Positions 11,916-25,547 are shown, numbered from the whole stretch's first letter. The stretch is 63,834 nucleotides of DNA, filler included, from Lama guanicoe (GCA_013239625.1; 175 parts of 175 records of this genome joined end to end with filler, not necessarily neighbours in it), one strand, 5' to 3'. Program-made: numbers and translations. Notes: generated by a model not told the origin, from the letters alone.

Positions 11916-13536
11916 GAAACGGGAGCTCCAACCATGACTCTTNNNNNNNNNNNNNNNNNNNNNNNNNNNNNNNNNNNNNNNNNNNNTTAATTAATTAANN
12001 NNNNNNNNNNNNNNNNNNNNNNNNNNNNNNNNNNNNNNNNNNTTTTTTTTTTTGTAAAGCAAATTTAGCCCTCTATTTATCAATATATAGTCTAATTTCC
12101 TAAATTAACAATCTCCAGGGGGAGAAAATGTGTGAGATGAAAAGCAAATCAGGCTTGTAATTGTTCACATTGCTTTGTGTTTATATAGCCCTTACCCCAA
12201 AAGCCTTCTAAATCATTTTATAACCATTGTAAGTTTAACCTCCTTAATGTAAATGCACATGTATTATTGTAAATGTGATTCTGAAGTGTTCGAAGAAGAC
12301 TCTAGATNNNNNNNNNNNNNNNNNNNNNNNNNNNNNNNNNNNNNNNNNNNNTTAATTAATTAANNNNNNNNNNNNNNNNNNNNNNNNNNNNNNNNNNNNN
12401 NNNNNNNTGAGAAAGAAAAATGAAGAAATGTTTATCAATACTATGTTCCAAGCCTTTCTGTATCACCAGGTGTACAAATATGACAGTCATGGTCCCTGCC
12501 CTCTCTTCCATCCTCCATTTCTAAAGGGCTGACTTCCTCAGGAAAAGATGGACCACTAACCCGTTTGTAAATGTTGGGTTTAAAGGGAGACGTATTTACA
12601 GGTGTGGGGGCAGGGGGTGGAGTGCTTGAAATACAGGAAACTGAAAGAGTTACTATTTCCTTTGTGTTGTGGNNNNNNNNNNNNNNNNNNNNNNNNNNNN
12701 NNNNNNNNNNNNNNNNTTAATTAATTAANNNNNNNNNNNNNNNNNNNNNNNNNNNNNNNNNNNNNNNNNNNNAAAACAGTCCTGAAATATTTGAGATTCA
12801 AAACAGATCAAAACCAAATTTTTTGTATTCGGAACTAGTTACACTTCCTATTTTGATAAGACTTATAGCTTCTTATTTTTTGAATGTAAAAGGCTGAAAG
12901 AAATGTGATTTAAGTAAGAAACAGAAACATATCTGTTTCATATCCCTAACATCCACATTATTCTTAAATCAATGTCATTGATTAAATAATCAATATTGGT
13001 GGTTTTAGAGGGATATATTGCAAAAATCCAGAAAAAANNNNNNNNNNNNNNNNNNNNNNNNNNNNNNNNNNNNNNNNNNNNTTAATTAATTAANNNNNNN
13101 NNNNNNNNNNNNNNNNNNNNNNNNNNNNNNNNNNNNNCCCTATTCTAAGACATGTTTCCATTCTGTGGCAGAAACAAGTTGTCAGAGACACTTTGCATTT
13201 CATTTGGAAAATTTCTTGTATCTAGAGCCTCCTCACTGATTTAGTTACGTGCTTAACAAATCCACTTATGTTTTTGAGGTAATACAGATAGTACCCCAGA
13301 AATCAGTCAGGGGTGGAAACTGTGGTTTTGACAGCCAAAGGACCTTGCTGTGCTTCCTTTTCTCCTCATGTTCAAAAAACATAAATAAAGCACTCGCTAC
13401 AGNNNNNNNNNNNNNNNNNNNNNNNNNNNNNNNNNNNNNNNNNNNNTTAATTAATTAANNNNNNNNNNNNNNNNNNNNNNNNNNNNNNNNNNNNNNNNNN
13501 NNATCATTCACATTGAAAAGTCCTGCTATTTTCTTT

Positions 13537-13705
13537 TATATATATATATATAGATATATAGTATATATATAGTATATATCTATATATATATATAGTATAT
13601 ATATATAGTATATATATCTATATTATATATAGTATATATATAGTATATATCTATATATATAGTATATATCTATATATATATATAGTATATATATAGTATA
13701 TATCT
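13537..13705. repeat. Compound (TA)n microsatellite with TAG/TATC interruptions
   Basis: About 170 nt of TATATATAG/TATATATC units. Confidence 0.95.
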
Positions 13706-16422
13706 ACTTTATATGTAAAACGGTGAACTTTAATTTAGTATGATTTAATTTAGTATAGCCGAATTTTNNNNNNNNNNNNNNNNNNNNNNNNNNNNNNNNN
13801 NNNNNNNNNNNTTAATTAATTAANNNNNNNNNNNNNNNNNNNNNNNNNNNNNNNNNNNNNNNNNNNNAGTGACCTCAGCGTCCTTTCTTGTCCTTCAGAG
13901 GACTTTAAATTAGCCATTTCTACTGTGTGCTACCCAAGTAGGACAGGAGGCTTCTTTTTTGTCCGTCCGTTTTGGCCTTGGAGGTCATTTGCAGAGATGA
14001 GCGCTCGAGCATGTACATGGTCAGTTCTCCGGGGGTGGGCAGGAGATTAACTTGGTAAAATAGATCAACTTAACTGTCTAAGTTTAAGCTAACTAAGTTC
14101 CTAAGAGTGAAGTTGTCTCTTTTATTTTAGATNNNNNNNNNNNNNNNNNNNNNNNNNNNNNNNNNNNNNNNNNNNNTTAATTAATTAANNNNNNNNNNNN
14201 NNNNNNNNNNNNNNNNNNNNNNNNNNNNNNNNTTTTTTTTTTAACTCATGCTTTTCCATCTGGGACTCTTATGAATCCTACTGTCTCATGCCTTTTCTTA
14301 ACCCAGGATTCAACAGCAATGTTTTCATTGTCTTGCACTTACTTTTCTGTGCCTGCTTCTGATCGAGGGATTTCTGTTCCCGTCTTCACAGTCATTCATG
14401 CGTCCATCTGGATTATCTCGTCTGCTTAGTACCGAACTTTAGCCCTGTTATTATCACATCCATTGAGTTTTCTGATAGTATTTGGCTCGTCTTTAGANNN
14501 NNNNNNNNNNNNNNNNNNNNNNNNNNNNNNNNNNNNNNNNNTTAATTAATTAANNNNNNNNNNNNNNNNNNNNNNNNNNNNNNNNNNNNNNNNNNNNGGC
14601 ATTCAAACAAAATACAAATCAGATCCCTTTATTAGAGACAAAATATTATAAAATATAATATGCAAAATATTATAAAATATAATATTTCAGGAAACTGAAA
14701 TATGGACTACAGGGAAAGGAAGATAAAGCAAATTCATCAAAGTATTAAAATTTTGTGAAACTGAATAATGGTTTTCTCTCCTGCAAATTTTTTACAGATT
14801 TAAAATTGTTTTCAAATAATATATTGAATGCAAAGCATAAAATAAGCAACTGAACAAATTTANNNNNNNNNNNNNNNNNNNNNNNNNNNNNNNNNNNNNN
14901 NNNNNNTTAATTAATTAANNNNNNNNNNNNNNNNNNNNNNNNNNNNNNNNNNNNNNNNNNNNGGTATAATTATGGTTATCTATAGGTACAGCCTGTAGGT
15001 AAGAGAGAGAAATGCAATAGTAATTTGTTATATAGACAGCTTAGATAATGGCTTAGGCATAAGTATACTTATCAGTAGGTACAGCCATTAGTACAGGTGA
15101 ACCTAGGGTAAATATGATAGTAGTGCAGTATAGAGAAAATGGAAATAATAACTCAGTAGAAGTACAACATTGGGTTATGGCAGTATTTATTTGGGATAGT
15201 ATCTGGAGGGGAAGAGGAAAATCATTTNNNNNNNNNNNNNNNNNNNNNNNNNNNNNNNNNNNNNNNNNNNNTTAATTAATTAANNNNNNNNNNNNNNNNN
15301 NNNNNNNNNNNNNNNNNNNNNNNNNNNCAGAGGCAGTATTCAAACCACGTCTGTCTGGGACCAAAGGCTTTTCTTTCACACCATCTTCTTCTTCTAATTG
15401 AGAGAGGCGAGGAGAACTTCAAGGAGGAGATGTCTTTGAAGCAGGTTTGGAGAAAGCAAAGCAAAGCAGGAGGAAAGTGAGAGAGGAGGGCGATCACAGG
15501 AGAGAGCGCGGCAGTGCAGAGGCACCCAGAGTGCGGCTGGCCCTCCTGCACCCAAACCCCCTCCCATCCCCTCAATCCTTCTCCACCAGGGCNNNNNNNN
15601 NNNNNNNNNNNNNNNNNNNNNNNNNNNNNNNNNNNNTTAATTAATTAANNNNNNNNNNNNNNNNNNNNNNNNNNNNNNNNNNNNNNNNNNNNGGCTCCTA
15701 GATTTAGAAGCTGCCTGGGGAAGACAGGACAGGGCTCTGCTTTCAGAGATGAAGAAGACATGGCTGTGGAGGAAGCTGGCAACAGAAGCAATAGAAGCAG
15801 GTCCTTTAAGGACAAGGGATGACAAGGAACATGACGCATTTTTGAAAGTCATGTTTTCTAGGATTTTCAGTGGATATAATCATTACACCTGGTAAGTGAA
15901 AAAGTGACCAGTAATAGAGGTTCATCTCATTTTTTTCAAGTTCAACATCATTTTAGANNNNNNNNNNNNNNNNNNNNNNNNNNNNNNNNNNNNNNNNNNN
16001 NTTAATTAATTAANNNNNNNNNNNNNNNNNNNNNNNNNNNNNNNNNNNNNNNNNNNNTAAAGCCAAAGGAACAGATCTAATATGGAGTCAGATTTGTTCT
16101 TTTCTACTACATACCTACTCCTTGGGCTTCCATTTCTGTGTGTCTTCATTCGTTCTTTATTCAGGGTAGTCTATATGTGCCATAGTTCCATGTTGTTTTT
16201 TTTCTGTCTAAATAATTTCCTATAACGGCTCTTACTGTGTGTGTCTGCTGGTGATGAACTCTTTCAGCTTTTATATTTCTGAAAGAACCCTTTATATTGC
16301 CTTTATTTTTCTTTTTGAATTTNNNNNNNNNNNNNNNNNNNNNNNNNNNNNNNNNNNNNNNNNNNNTTAATTAATTAANNNNNNNNNNNNNNNNNNNNNN
16401 NNNNNNNNNNNNNNNNNNNNNN

Positions 16423-16560
16423 ACCCCGAAGTCAGACGGCCTGGTGCCGCCGCTCAGTGGTGTGTGACCTCAGACCCGTCACTTGGTTTCCCTGTGACTC
16501 CACTCCATCTGCCGTGTGGCTGGTGTGATAATACCTGCCTTACCGAAGGGTAAGGCGCGC
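16423..16560. mobile_element. MIR SINE remnant (GC-rich)
   Basis: gaagtcagacggcctgg...tgtgtgacctcagacccgtcactt...ccctgtgactccactccatctg...ataatacctgcc. Confidence 0.55.
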
Positions 16561-17882
16561 TTGTGCGAGGCTCGGGCGGGCCCCCGGCATGCCAGGGGCA
16601 CCGTGACTGCTAGTGGTGCTCACCGCCTCGTCACTGTTCCTTATCCAAGTGGTTCAAACAGAGGGAGAGGCAGCGGTTGCATTATGCNNNNNNNNNNNNN
16701 NNNNNNNNNNNNNNNNNNNNNNNNNNNNNNNTTAATTAATTAANNNNNNNNNNNNNNNNNNNNNNNNNNNNNNNNNNNNNNNNNNNNGAGGATGCAATAG
16801 GTATATACTGAAGTTTAGGTCAGTTCTATAATCTACGTAAGTTCTAAGTATCTTAACTAAGTTCTTTATGTTCTATAGAGGTACTGTATTTGTGTAGCTA
16901 TCAATTAGATTTATAAGAGAGGACACATTGGCTCTTTTAAATGAGTCTTTAAATTTGCTTTATCTGATTCATCAATTATGGATATCCACTAAACCATTAA
17001 GTGTAGGTATAGCCCACTATGAATGAGCAAGGTGAGGAGAACAATTCTAGTCNNNNNNNNNNNNNNNNNNNNNNNNNNNNNNNNNNNNNNNNNNNNTTAA
17101 TTAATTAANNNNNNNNNNNNNNNNNNNNNNNNNNNNNNNNNNNNNNNNNNNNCCCAATGCAACACGCATCAGTGAAGCACCAACTGTGTACTTGGGAGAA
17201 GGTAACCTTAGGGCACTTGTTTGACCAAGAGGTGGTGCAGCTGAAAAGGTAGTGTTTCTCAAAAGCCTTAAAGAAATTCATGGGTGAATTTCCAGGTCCC
17301 CGTAGAAGAGGTAGAAGAGACTTTGGGCAGTGGTGATGTTGGGTGAGGGCAGAAAGTGGTTGAAACCCCAAAGGAATGGTATTGGTTCCTGAGATTGAGA
17401 TGTCAAGGGGTTTTCTGNNNNNNNNNNNNNNNNNNNNNNNNNNNNNNNNNNNNNNNNNNNNTTAATTAATTAANNNNNNNNNNNNNNNNNNNNNNNNNNN
17501 NNNNNNNNNNNNNNNNNATAAGATGAATACATTAGCTATATTATAGCATCAACTGTCTCCAGAGAGAATTACTATGATTTAAATCAGAAATCACAAGAGC
17601 TCAGCTGCTAAGTGAAATAAAAGACCCACCTTCCAGTTTCAGTATGTAAAATTCAGGATTTGGACATAACCATCTTAGAGGTAACAGTACATTATTAATT
17701 TGCCTTAAAAAAAAAACGCCGTGGACATTACTGTGGGAAGAAGCAGAGTAAATAATACACAAGATGTCTTGTGTCATACATANNNNNNNNNNNNNNNNNN
17801 NNNNNNNNNNNNNNNNNNNNNNNNNNTTAATTAATTAANNNNNNNNNNNNNNNNNNNNNNNNNNNNNNNNNNNNNNNNNNNN

Positions 17883-18147
17883 AATTTGTTTTCATTTCTC
17901 TTGTGCAGACTTCTAGAAATTGCCGCATGATTTGGTAAGTTTGTTTGACCTTTTAAGAACCTGATGAACTTTTGAAAAAACTATATAATTTTATCTTCCA
18001 ACTACCAACGTATGGAGAGTCCCAGTTTCTCCATATCTTGCACAGTGTTGCTTACAGTCTTGTCTTTTTGACACATTTATTCTACTACAGAATATGATGT
18101 AGGATCTCATCGTGGATTTAATTTATATTTCCCTAGGCTAGTGATTT
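17883..18147 (-). mobile_element. Old LINE-1 ORF2 3' fragment
   Basis: ttttcatttctcttg...agagtcccagtttctccatatcttg...atctcatcgtggatttaatttatatttccct. Confidence 0.7.
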
Positions 18148-20802
18148 NNNNNNNNNNNNNNNNNNNNNNNNNNNNNNNNNNNNNNNNNNNNTTAATTAAT
18201 TAANNNNNNNNNNNNNNNNNNNNNNNNNNNNNNNNNNNNNNNNNNNNCACCCAATCAGAGCTAGAATACAAGGGCTTAGATGGTAACAGAGGAAATCAAT
18301 GGAATGATCAGGAGGGGAAAAACGGGAGAAATCATCAAAGCAGCAAGTACAGAGGGTTTTACCCGGAAATAACTGAAAATTAAAGTCACAACATGGTACC
18401 ATTTAATACACCACGCTGAGGCTTAAGTTTGTCGTGAGGTCTCTGAGGACAGGAAATGGAAGACTCTGGGCCACAAAAGCAAATCTAAGTTGTTTATCTT
18501 ACGCTGACTATCNNNNNNNNNNNNNNNNNNNNNNNNNNNNNNNNNNNNNNNNNNNNTTAATTAATTAANNNNNNNNNNNNNNNNNNNNNNNNNNNNNNNN
18601 NNNNNNNNNNNNGCCTCATGAGCAGTGGGACAAAATGCGGATTCACTGTCCTCAGGTGGCACTGTGTATTCTTTTAATTTTTGTTAATTTGACATTAAAA
18701 CCTAGATGTTCGTTATCTTAATGTGCATTTCTTTGACTTCCAGTGCATATGAACAGTCTTCTAAAATTCTAGTCTCTATATTCTGATACGTATTGAAGAT
18801 ACATTAAACATCCCTGACGTACTTTACACACCTCATAGTCAGTGCAGCGCTTCTCAAAGTGTGGTCTTTGGACCCTGNNNNNNNNNNNNNNNNNNNNNNN
18901 NNNNNNNNNNNNNNNNNNNNNTTAATTAATTAANNNNNNNNNNNNNNNNNNNNNNNNNNNNNNNNNNNNNNNNNNNNATAGTGAACTAGGATTATAGTTT
19001 CAGTAATAATAAACAAATAAAAATTACAGAGTATTTGCATTAGAGTGAAAATGGAAGTACTTTAATTAAAGACCAAATTGAGAAAAGTTACTTTAGGATC
19101 AAATCACATATACTCTTTTATTTGTTAATTTTTGTTATTATTATTATTATTTTGTAGCAAGCACTGCTAGTAATCTCATGGCATTTTTTCCACACTTCTT
19201 TCTTCCTAATAGAACCCCTGTTGAAGGTAGCAACATGACTGTNNNNNNNNNNNNNNNNNNNNNNNNNNNNNNNNNNNNNNNNNNNNTTAATTAATTAANN
19301 NNNNNNNNNNNNNNNNNNNNNNNNNNNNNNNNNNNNNNNNNNGAGCAGGGTAAAAATATAGTCTTACCATTTTTTTCACATCTTTCAATCAATATCTTTG
19401 ACATATAAATATGAGAGTCTTGACAGTAAAGAATAATTCTGAATAAGAGTATAAATGAGTTAGAAAATATTTTCACAACTTGACCTAAATTTTAAAAAGG
19501 AAACCCCTGAGTACATTATTGCTTCTTAATAATTTTTTGTTCAGTTGAGAAACTTTTCAGGGAATTGTAATGAAAATCTTGATATAATCTTTGAAGTTTT
19601 AAAAAAANNNNNNNNNNNNNNNNNNNNNNNNNNNNNNNNNNNNNNNNNNNNTTAATTAATTAANNNNNNNNNNNNNNNNNNNNNNNNNNNNNNNNNNNNN
19701 NNNNNNNCTAAAACTGAAGTTGCAAAGCATTTACAACTTTCAATTCTTACTCTTAAAATCTTGTAAAAGGAACTAATTGTATGTATTTCAACCTTATCAA
19801 ATAGTGTTTACTTTTTCCCAAGTTTGCTTCTAGATTATAAAGAGTTTTGTTTTTGATATAGACTTCTGAAACTATCCTTACATCATCTCATTCCCAGGGT
19901 CTGGAGAGGACCTAGGAACTTATCAGCAGGCTTTTTAGGTGATCCTGATACCCAGTCAAGTTTGGGGTCAGTNNNNNNNNNNNNNNNNNNNNNNNNNNNN
20001 NNNNNNNNNNNNNNNNTTAATTAATTAANNNNNNNNNNNNNNNNNNNNNNNNNNNNNNNNNNNNNNNNNNNNTCTGGGTTAGGCCCTCAGATTCCTTTTC
20101 TCCTGGACACTTCAACCTCATGACTACACCATCTCCTCACTCTGTATACACCTTCCTCCGTTCAGGGCATCACCTCCCCCAAAATAACACCTGTGTCCAG
20201 TGGATTATCTGCGTAAAGAATTTTCACAAAACACAATAGCTTTCTTTTTAACCAGACTACCAAACACTCGACATGATGTTTCTGTCTCCTGACCATACTC
20301 TGGTTTCCCTTGGGGTGCCTGCGCTCCCCGACTCTTANNNNNNNNNNNNNNNNNNNNNNNNNNNNNNNNNNNNNNNNNNNNTTAATTAATTAANNNNNNN
20401 NNNNNNNNNNNNNNNNNNNNNNNNNNNNNNNNNNNNNGAAAAAGTCATAACAATTTTGTGTCAGTATGTTTATCTTCCTATATGAATTGTAAAACATAAA
20501 TGTAATAGCAGCCTGCCACCAACTCAGTTCTGAAAGCACTTCTCAAGTGTCTGTTCTGTGCAACGCAATGCAACAGATGCAAGAGGGATCCAAAGCTCAA
20601 CGCGACCCACCCCTTCACTGCCGAGCCCTCGCAGCCAGGCTGGCATGACGGACGTGCAGACTGCCACTAACTCTAACAGAGAGAAGACGAAATGCATTAA
20701 ATNNNNNNNNNNNNNNNNNNNNNNNNNNNNNNNNNNNNNNNNNNNNTTAATTAATTAANNNNNNNNNNNNNNNNNNNNNNNNNNNNNNNNNNNNNNNNNN
20801 NN

Positions 20803-21067
20803 AATGGGAAAAGACTGATAATGTCAAATGTTTTCTAATATGGGGAATACATAAAACTTTCATTCATTGATGCTGGGTAGAAAAATGATACAACCATTGT
20901 GGAAAACAGTTTCTTAGAAAGTTAATATACACCATCCTCTTGCTCAGCAATTAAATACCTGACATTTATTCAAGATAAATGAAAACACATGCATACACAC
21001 ACTTGTCTTATTCAAGAATGTTCTCAAATTTAGAAGAACAAATGTAGATAAACTTCTATGTTTGAAT
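20803..21067 (+). mobile_element. Old LINE-1 ORF2 C-terminal/3' fragment
   Basis: gactgataatgtcaaatgtt...tgatacaaccattgtggaaaacagtttctt...cagcaatt...aaatgaaaacacatg. Confidence 0.65.
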
Positions 21068-21167
21068 NNNNNNNNNNNNNNNNNNNNNNNNNNNNNNNNN
21101 NNNNNNNNNNNTTAATTAATTAANNNNNNNNNNNNNNNNNNNNNNNNNNNNNNNNNNNNNNNNNNNN

Positions 21168-21432
21168 ACCTGTCCAGGGCGAGGTGTGCACCTGCCGCCT
21201 CTCACCCAGCCGGGTTATCCTCAGTCCACGGCTGACGTGCCCTCCCCCTCTTCCGCCCGCGAGTCCTCTCCTCCCGGGCTGCCTGTCCTTGGCCGCCTGC
21301 CCGTCCCCGCCCCTGGGTGGGCTGCGTCCCGGGCACGAGGGGTTTGCGGACCCAGACGGGGCTGGGGCTCGGGCTGGGGCTGGCCTCCGAGCGGGGCTGC
21401 AGCCCGCATTCCCCACCCCCCCCCCCCCCCCC
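21168..21432. promoter_or_regulatory. CpG-island fragment
   Basis: High GC with many CpGs, GC-box-like ccccgcccc, ends in poly-C. Confidence 0.6.
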
Positions 21433-22992
21433 NNNNNNNNNNNNNNNNNNNNNNNNNNNNNNNNNNNNNNNNNNNNTTAATTAATTAANNNNNNNNNNNN
21501 NNNNNNNNNNNNNNNNNNNNNNNNNNNNNNNNGTCTGTTGCAACTTGTTAAATCTCTTTCTTTAGGTCGGTATATTCCATGTGCAATAGCCTCATTTTAC
21601 TTTCTTACATCAGGCTTTCTTACTCCTCCCTACTTCTGTCTTTAGTGGTTTCTTCTTACTTTTTCTTTCCCTTGCCTCTTTTACCTCAGAGTCCTCAGGT
21701 TTGTTAAATCTCTCGGCTTCTCATTACTACACTATTCACCTAGTTACTTTCTTAGCTTCCTGTCCACTCAAGGTTTCCTTTAGTAACAATGGCTGTTNNN
21801 NNNNNNNNNNNNNNNNNNNNNNNNNNNNNNNNNNNNNNNNNTTAATTAATTAANNNNNNNNNNNNNNNNNNNNNNNNNNNNNNNNNNNNNNNNNNNNGTC
21901 GTGTATCTCCAGATTTTCTTACCAAAAACAAGTATATTGATTAATTTAGATAAAGTGTACCCTTTATTTAAAAGGAACGAGTAGTAAGTATGGAATTCTG
22001 AAACATAATAGGAGGGCCCCATACAAAAATTTAATTGCACTCCCTGATTTGTTTTCAAATCCCATGAAGCCTATGAGGTGTTTCTGTTTACCACAATATT
22101 AAGCATTGGTTGTACCATGTGGTGGCACTTTATCAGGTGTTTAATCATAAAGCTTTTATTGANNNNNNNNNNNNNNNNNNNNNNNNNNNNNNNNNNNNNN
22201 NNNNNNTTAATTAATTAANNNNNNNNNNNNNNNNNNNNNNNNNNNNNNNNNNNNNNNNNNNNTAGAACTTCAAGAGGATAGGTTTTCTCTACAAGAGCTA
22301 ACTTAGATACAATATAAGCTACTGAGGAACTATTTTAGAAAGACCCTCAACTCCTAATTATACAGCCTGGGCTGAACTGACTGATAATTACATTTGAACT
22401 GACAACAGAAGAACATGGCATAGCAGCAAACGAAGGGGACTAAAAAATGTGTAAGAATTATGGTGAGAAAAAGATCTAAGCTAATTACCAAAAGAAAGAA
22501 CAAGATTTACCTTACCTGAGGACCTTGNNNNNNNNNNNNNNNNNNNNNNNNNNNNNNNNNNNNNNNNNNNNTTAATTAATTAANNNNNNNNNNNNNNNNN
22601 NNNNNNNNNNNNNNNNNNNNNNNNNNNTTCGTTCCTCCGGTAGCTCCTGTGGAGGTCAGCGTATCCTCAACGACACCCTCCTTGTCCTGGGTTCCGGCAC
22701 TGACAGTGACTTCCAGTTACCCCCCCTCCAGCCCCGGGCTACCCCTGCTCCGAGGCAGAACACAGAGAACCGGTCCCCACATCACGCTGGTGACAAATCC
22801 CTCTGGTCACAGCCACCCTGTCCTCCCCGCCTTGCAGCCGGTCCTTTAATGAACTGCCCGGACACAGCCTCCCGCCCACTCTGCTCTCTGCANNNNNNNN
22901 NNNNNNNNNNNNNNNNNNNNNNNNNNNNNNNNNNNNTTAATTAATTAANNNNNNNNNNNNNNNNNNNNNNNNNNNNNNNNNNNNNNNNNNNN

Positions 22993-23257
22993 TTTTTTTT
23001 CCTGGAAAATAGGCTGGTTTTACATTTGAAAATCAAAATGTTAATAGAATTACCTCAACTAATATGATAATATCAATCCATTAAAAGAATAAAGAAGAAA
23101 ACCATACAGTCATCTCAATAAATTCAACACCCATTGGATAATAAAAACTTTCAGCAAACCAAAAATAGAATGAAACTCCCAAAGAATATCTACCAAAAAA
23201 GTTACAACAAATACCATCCTAAATGATAAAATATTGAAAGGTTTCCCTTGAAGGCTG
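22993..23257 (+). mobile_element. LINE-1 ORF2 RT-region fragment (decayed)
   Basis: aaagaagaaaaccatacagtcatctcaata...aattcaacaccca...ataaaaactttcagcaaaccaaaaatagaa...ttgaaaggtttccct. Confidence 0.75.
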
Positions 23258-24452
23258 NNNNNNNNNNNNNNNNNNNNNNNNNNNNNNNNNNNNNNNNNNN
23301 NTTAATTAATTAANNNNNNNNNNNNNNNNNNNNNNNNNNNNNNNNNNNNNNNNNNNNTTTCTATCTGCCAATCAAAGGAAAATTAAACTGTAGTTACTCT
23401 AAGGGCTTATTGCTGCAGCTTGGTTCTTGGATTCTGTCCTTCCTCTCATCTAGACGGGGTAAAGTCACATGACCATTAATCCTGATTGCCTTGAATTCAT
23501 GTCAGGCACAATGTGCCTCAATATTATGGCCATTAATAGAGGAAGCATCCTACACAAGCATGAAGCTTTTGATTCCCTAGTATTGCTGTGGCATCCGATG
23601 TAGATGCTCCTGATCTTTCCTTNNNNNNNNNNNNNNNNNNNNNNNNNNNNNNNNNNNNNNNNNNNNTTAATTAATTAANNNNNNNNNNNNNNNNNNNNNN
23701 NNNNNNNNNNNNNNNNNNNNNNTGTCCTGAGGTTCTCCCAAGACCTTAAGCCTGTTTCTGTATTTCAAACACTGATGGCAGACATGAAAAGGCCTCTAAG
23801 TTTGGGAGCCAAGGTAAAAATCTTCGAGGCCAGAGTGTGGTAGAGTACAGCAGCCAAAGAGCTGATTATACAACCTCTCCCTCCCCTCCACCCTCTTACC
23901 ATATCTGAGGCTCTTCCAATTGGCCACCTCTTGATCTCTTTGCTTTTGCTAGTTTCCTGGAAGGAATGTGGACCTTAATTTTGTGAGNNNNNNNNNNNNN
24001 NNNNNNNNNNNNNNNNNNNNNNNNNNNNNNNTTAATTAATTAANNNNNNNNNNNNNNNNNNNNNNNNNNNNNNNNNNNNNNNNNNNNTTAAATTACACTT
24101 TCTGTACTTTTCATATTTCTCACAAGCATCTCACATATCACATGTTCAGGCCTGAATTCCTGAGCTCCATCCCTCAGGTCTGCTCTATTTCCACTTAGTA
24201 GCTGGCACCGTCTCCCTTCCCAGCTTCCCACACAAGAGGTACCCTTACAAAACCTGCCGTCATCCCTTCCCTGGAACATGCATCTCATCTCTCACCCTGA
24301 AGACCTCCGTCCACCTTCCACACAGCAACTGGAGGGATTGTGATTTTTTTTTNNNNNNNNNNNNNNNNNNNNNNNNNNNNNNNNNNNNNNNNNNNNTTAA
24401 TTAATTAANNNNNNNNNNNNNNNNNNNNNNNNNNNNNNNNNNNNNNNNNNNN

Positions 24453-24541
24453 CCATCCTAAGATCATAAGCAAAATAAAAGGGTTGCTGTAAGTCACTAA
24501 GGTGTAAGACAGTTTGTTATGCAGCAAGAGATAACAGGACA
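24453..24541. mobile_element. MLT1 LTR terminus
   Basis: aataaaagggttgctgtaagtcactaagg...gtttgttatgcagcaagagataacaggaca. Confidence 0.65.
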
Positions 24542-25547
24542 CCTGGAGAAGGAGGGGCATCAGTGATAGAGCTTCCAGCATTCACCTCTGCCAAACAACT
24601 CGCTGGAATGACTGACGCTGCTGTTTAGTAGAAGTGAGGATGAGAGCCTTCAAGAGGTTCTACCGCACAGGAATCAAAACTGAAGACTAGACTATCCTCT
24701 CTGCAACAGAGGTAACGNNNNNNNNNNNNNNNNNNNNNNNNNNNNNNNNNNNNNNNNNNNNTTAATTAATTAANNNNNNNNNNNNNNNNNNNNNNNNNNN
24801 NNNNNNNNNNNNNNNNNATATCAGGTAGAGTCTGTCCTCTGAACTTTGTGGTCTTCTTCAGGAGTGTCTTGACTATTTGTGGCCATATTCATTTCCATGT
24901 ACATTTTTTTTTCCCTTTGAGATTCTGGTACCTGTAGAATATCTATGAACTGTAGAAGGGAGGCATAAGGGTGGTCAGTATAGCACAGGATATAAACCTA
25001 GCCCTTTTTAGAGTAGGACACATCAGCTTTCATATATCCATTGAAACCTGAGACTAGAAAATGAGGTATGGGGAGAGGGAAANNNNNNNNNNNNNNNNNN
25101 NNNNNNNNNNNNNNNNNNNNNNNNNNTTAATTAATTAANNNNNNNNNNNNNNNNNNNNNNNNNNNNNNNNNNNNNNNNNNNNGGGGGGCTGGGAGTGTGC
25201 ACAGAAGAGCCTGGGTCCACCTTGGAGAGCTGCACTGCTGGCGAGCACGAGGGGGAGGGCTGGGAGCAAGCAGCCAGAGCAGCCTCCTCTCCCGCCAGCC
25301 CACAGGTGCTGCTGGGGCGCAGAGGGGCCCCAGTATCAAAGCGCTCTCGCAAAGGGAGATGCGCAGTGCTGCCCTTGCAGCCTTCTCCGTGAGCCCGCAG
25401 GTTGTGGCCCGATACTGAAAGCCCCATAGATAATGAGCTCTGAGCCCNNNNNNNNNNNNNNNNNNNNNNNNNNNNNNNNNNNNNNNNNNNNTTAATTAAT
25501 TAANNNNNNNNNNNNNNNNNNNNNNNNNNNNNNNNNNNNNNNNNNNN

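Noticed and set aside
14639..14685. 23-nt tandem duplication caaaatattataaaatataatat
   Set aside because: Ordinary slippage duplication in AT-rich DNA.
17105..17417. Minus-strand frame open across the whole contig (...FFKAFEKHYLFSCTTSW...)
   Set aside because: No recognisable domain; with about 1000 fragment-frames, several open 88-codon frames are expected by chance.
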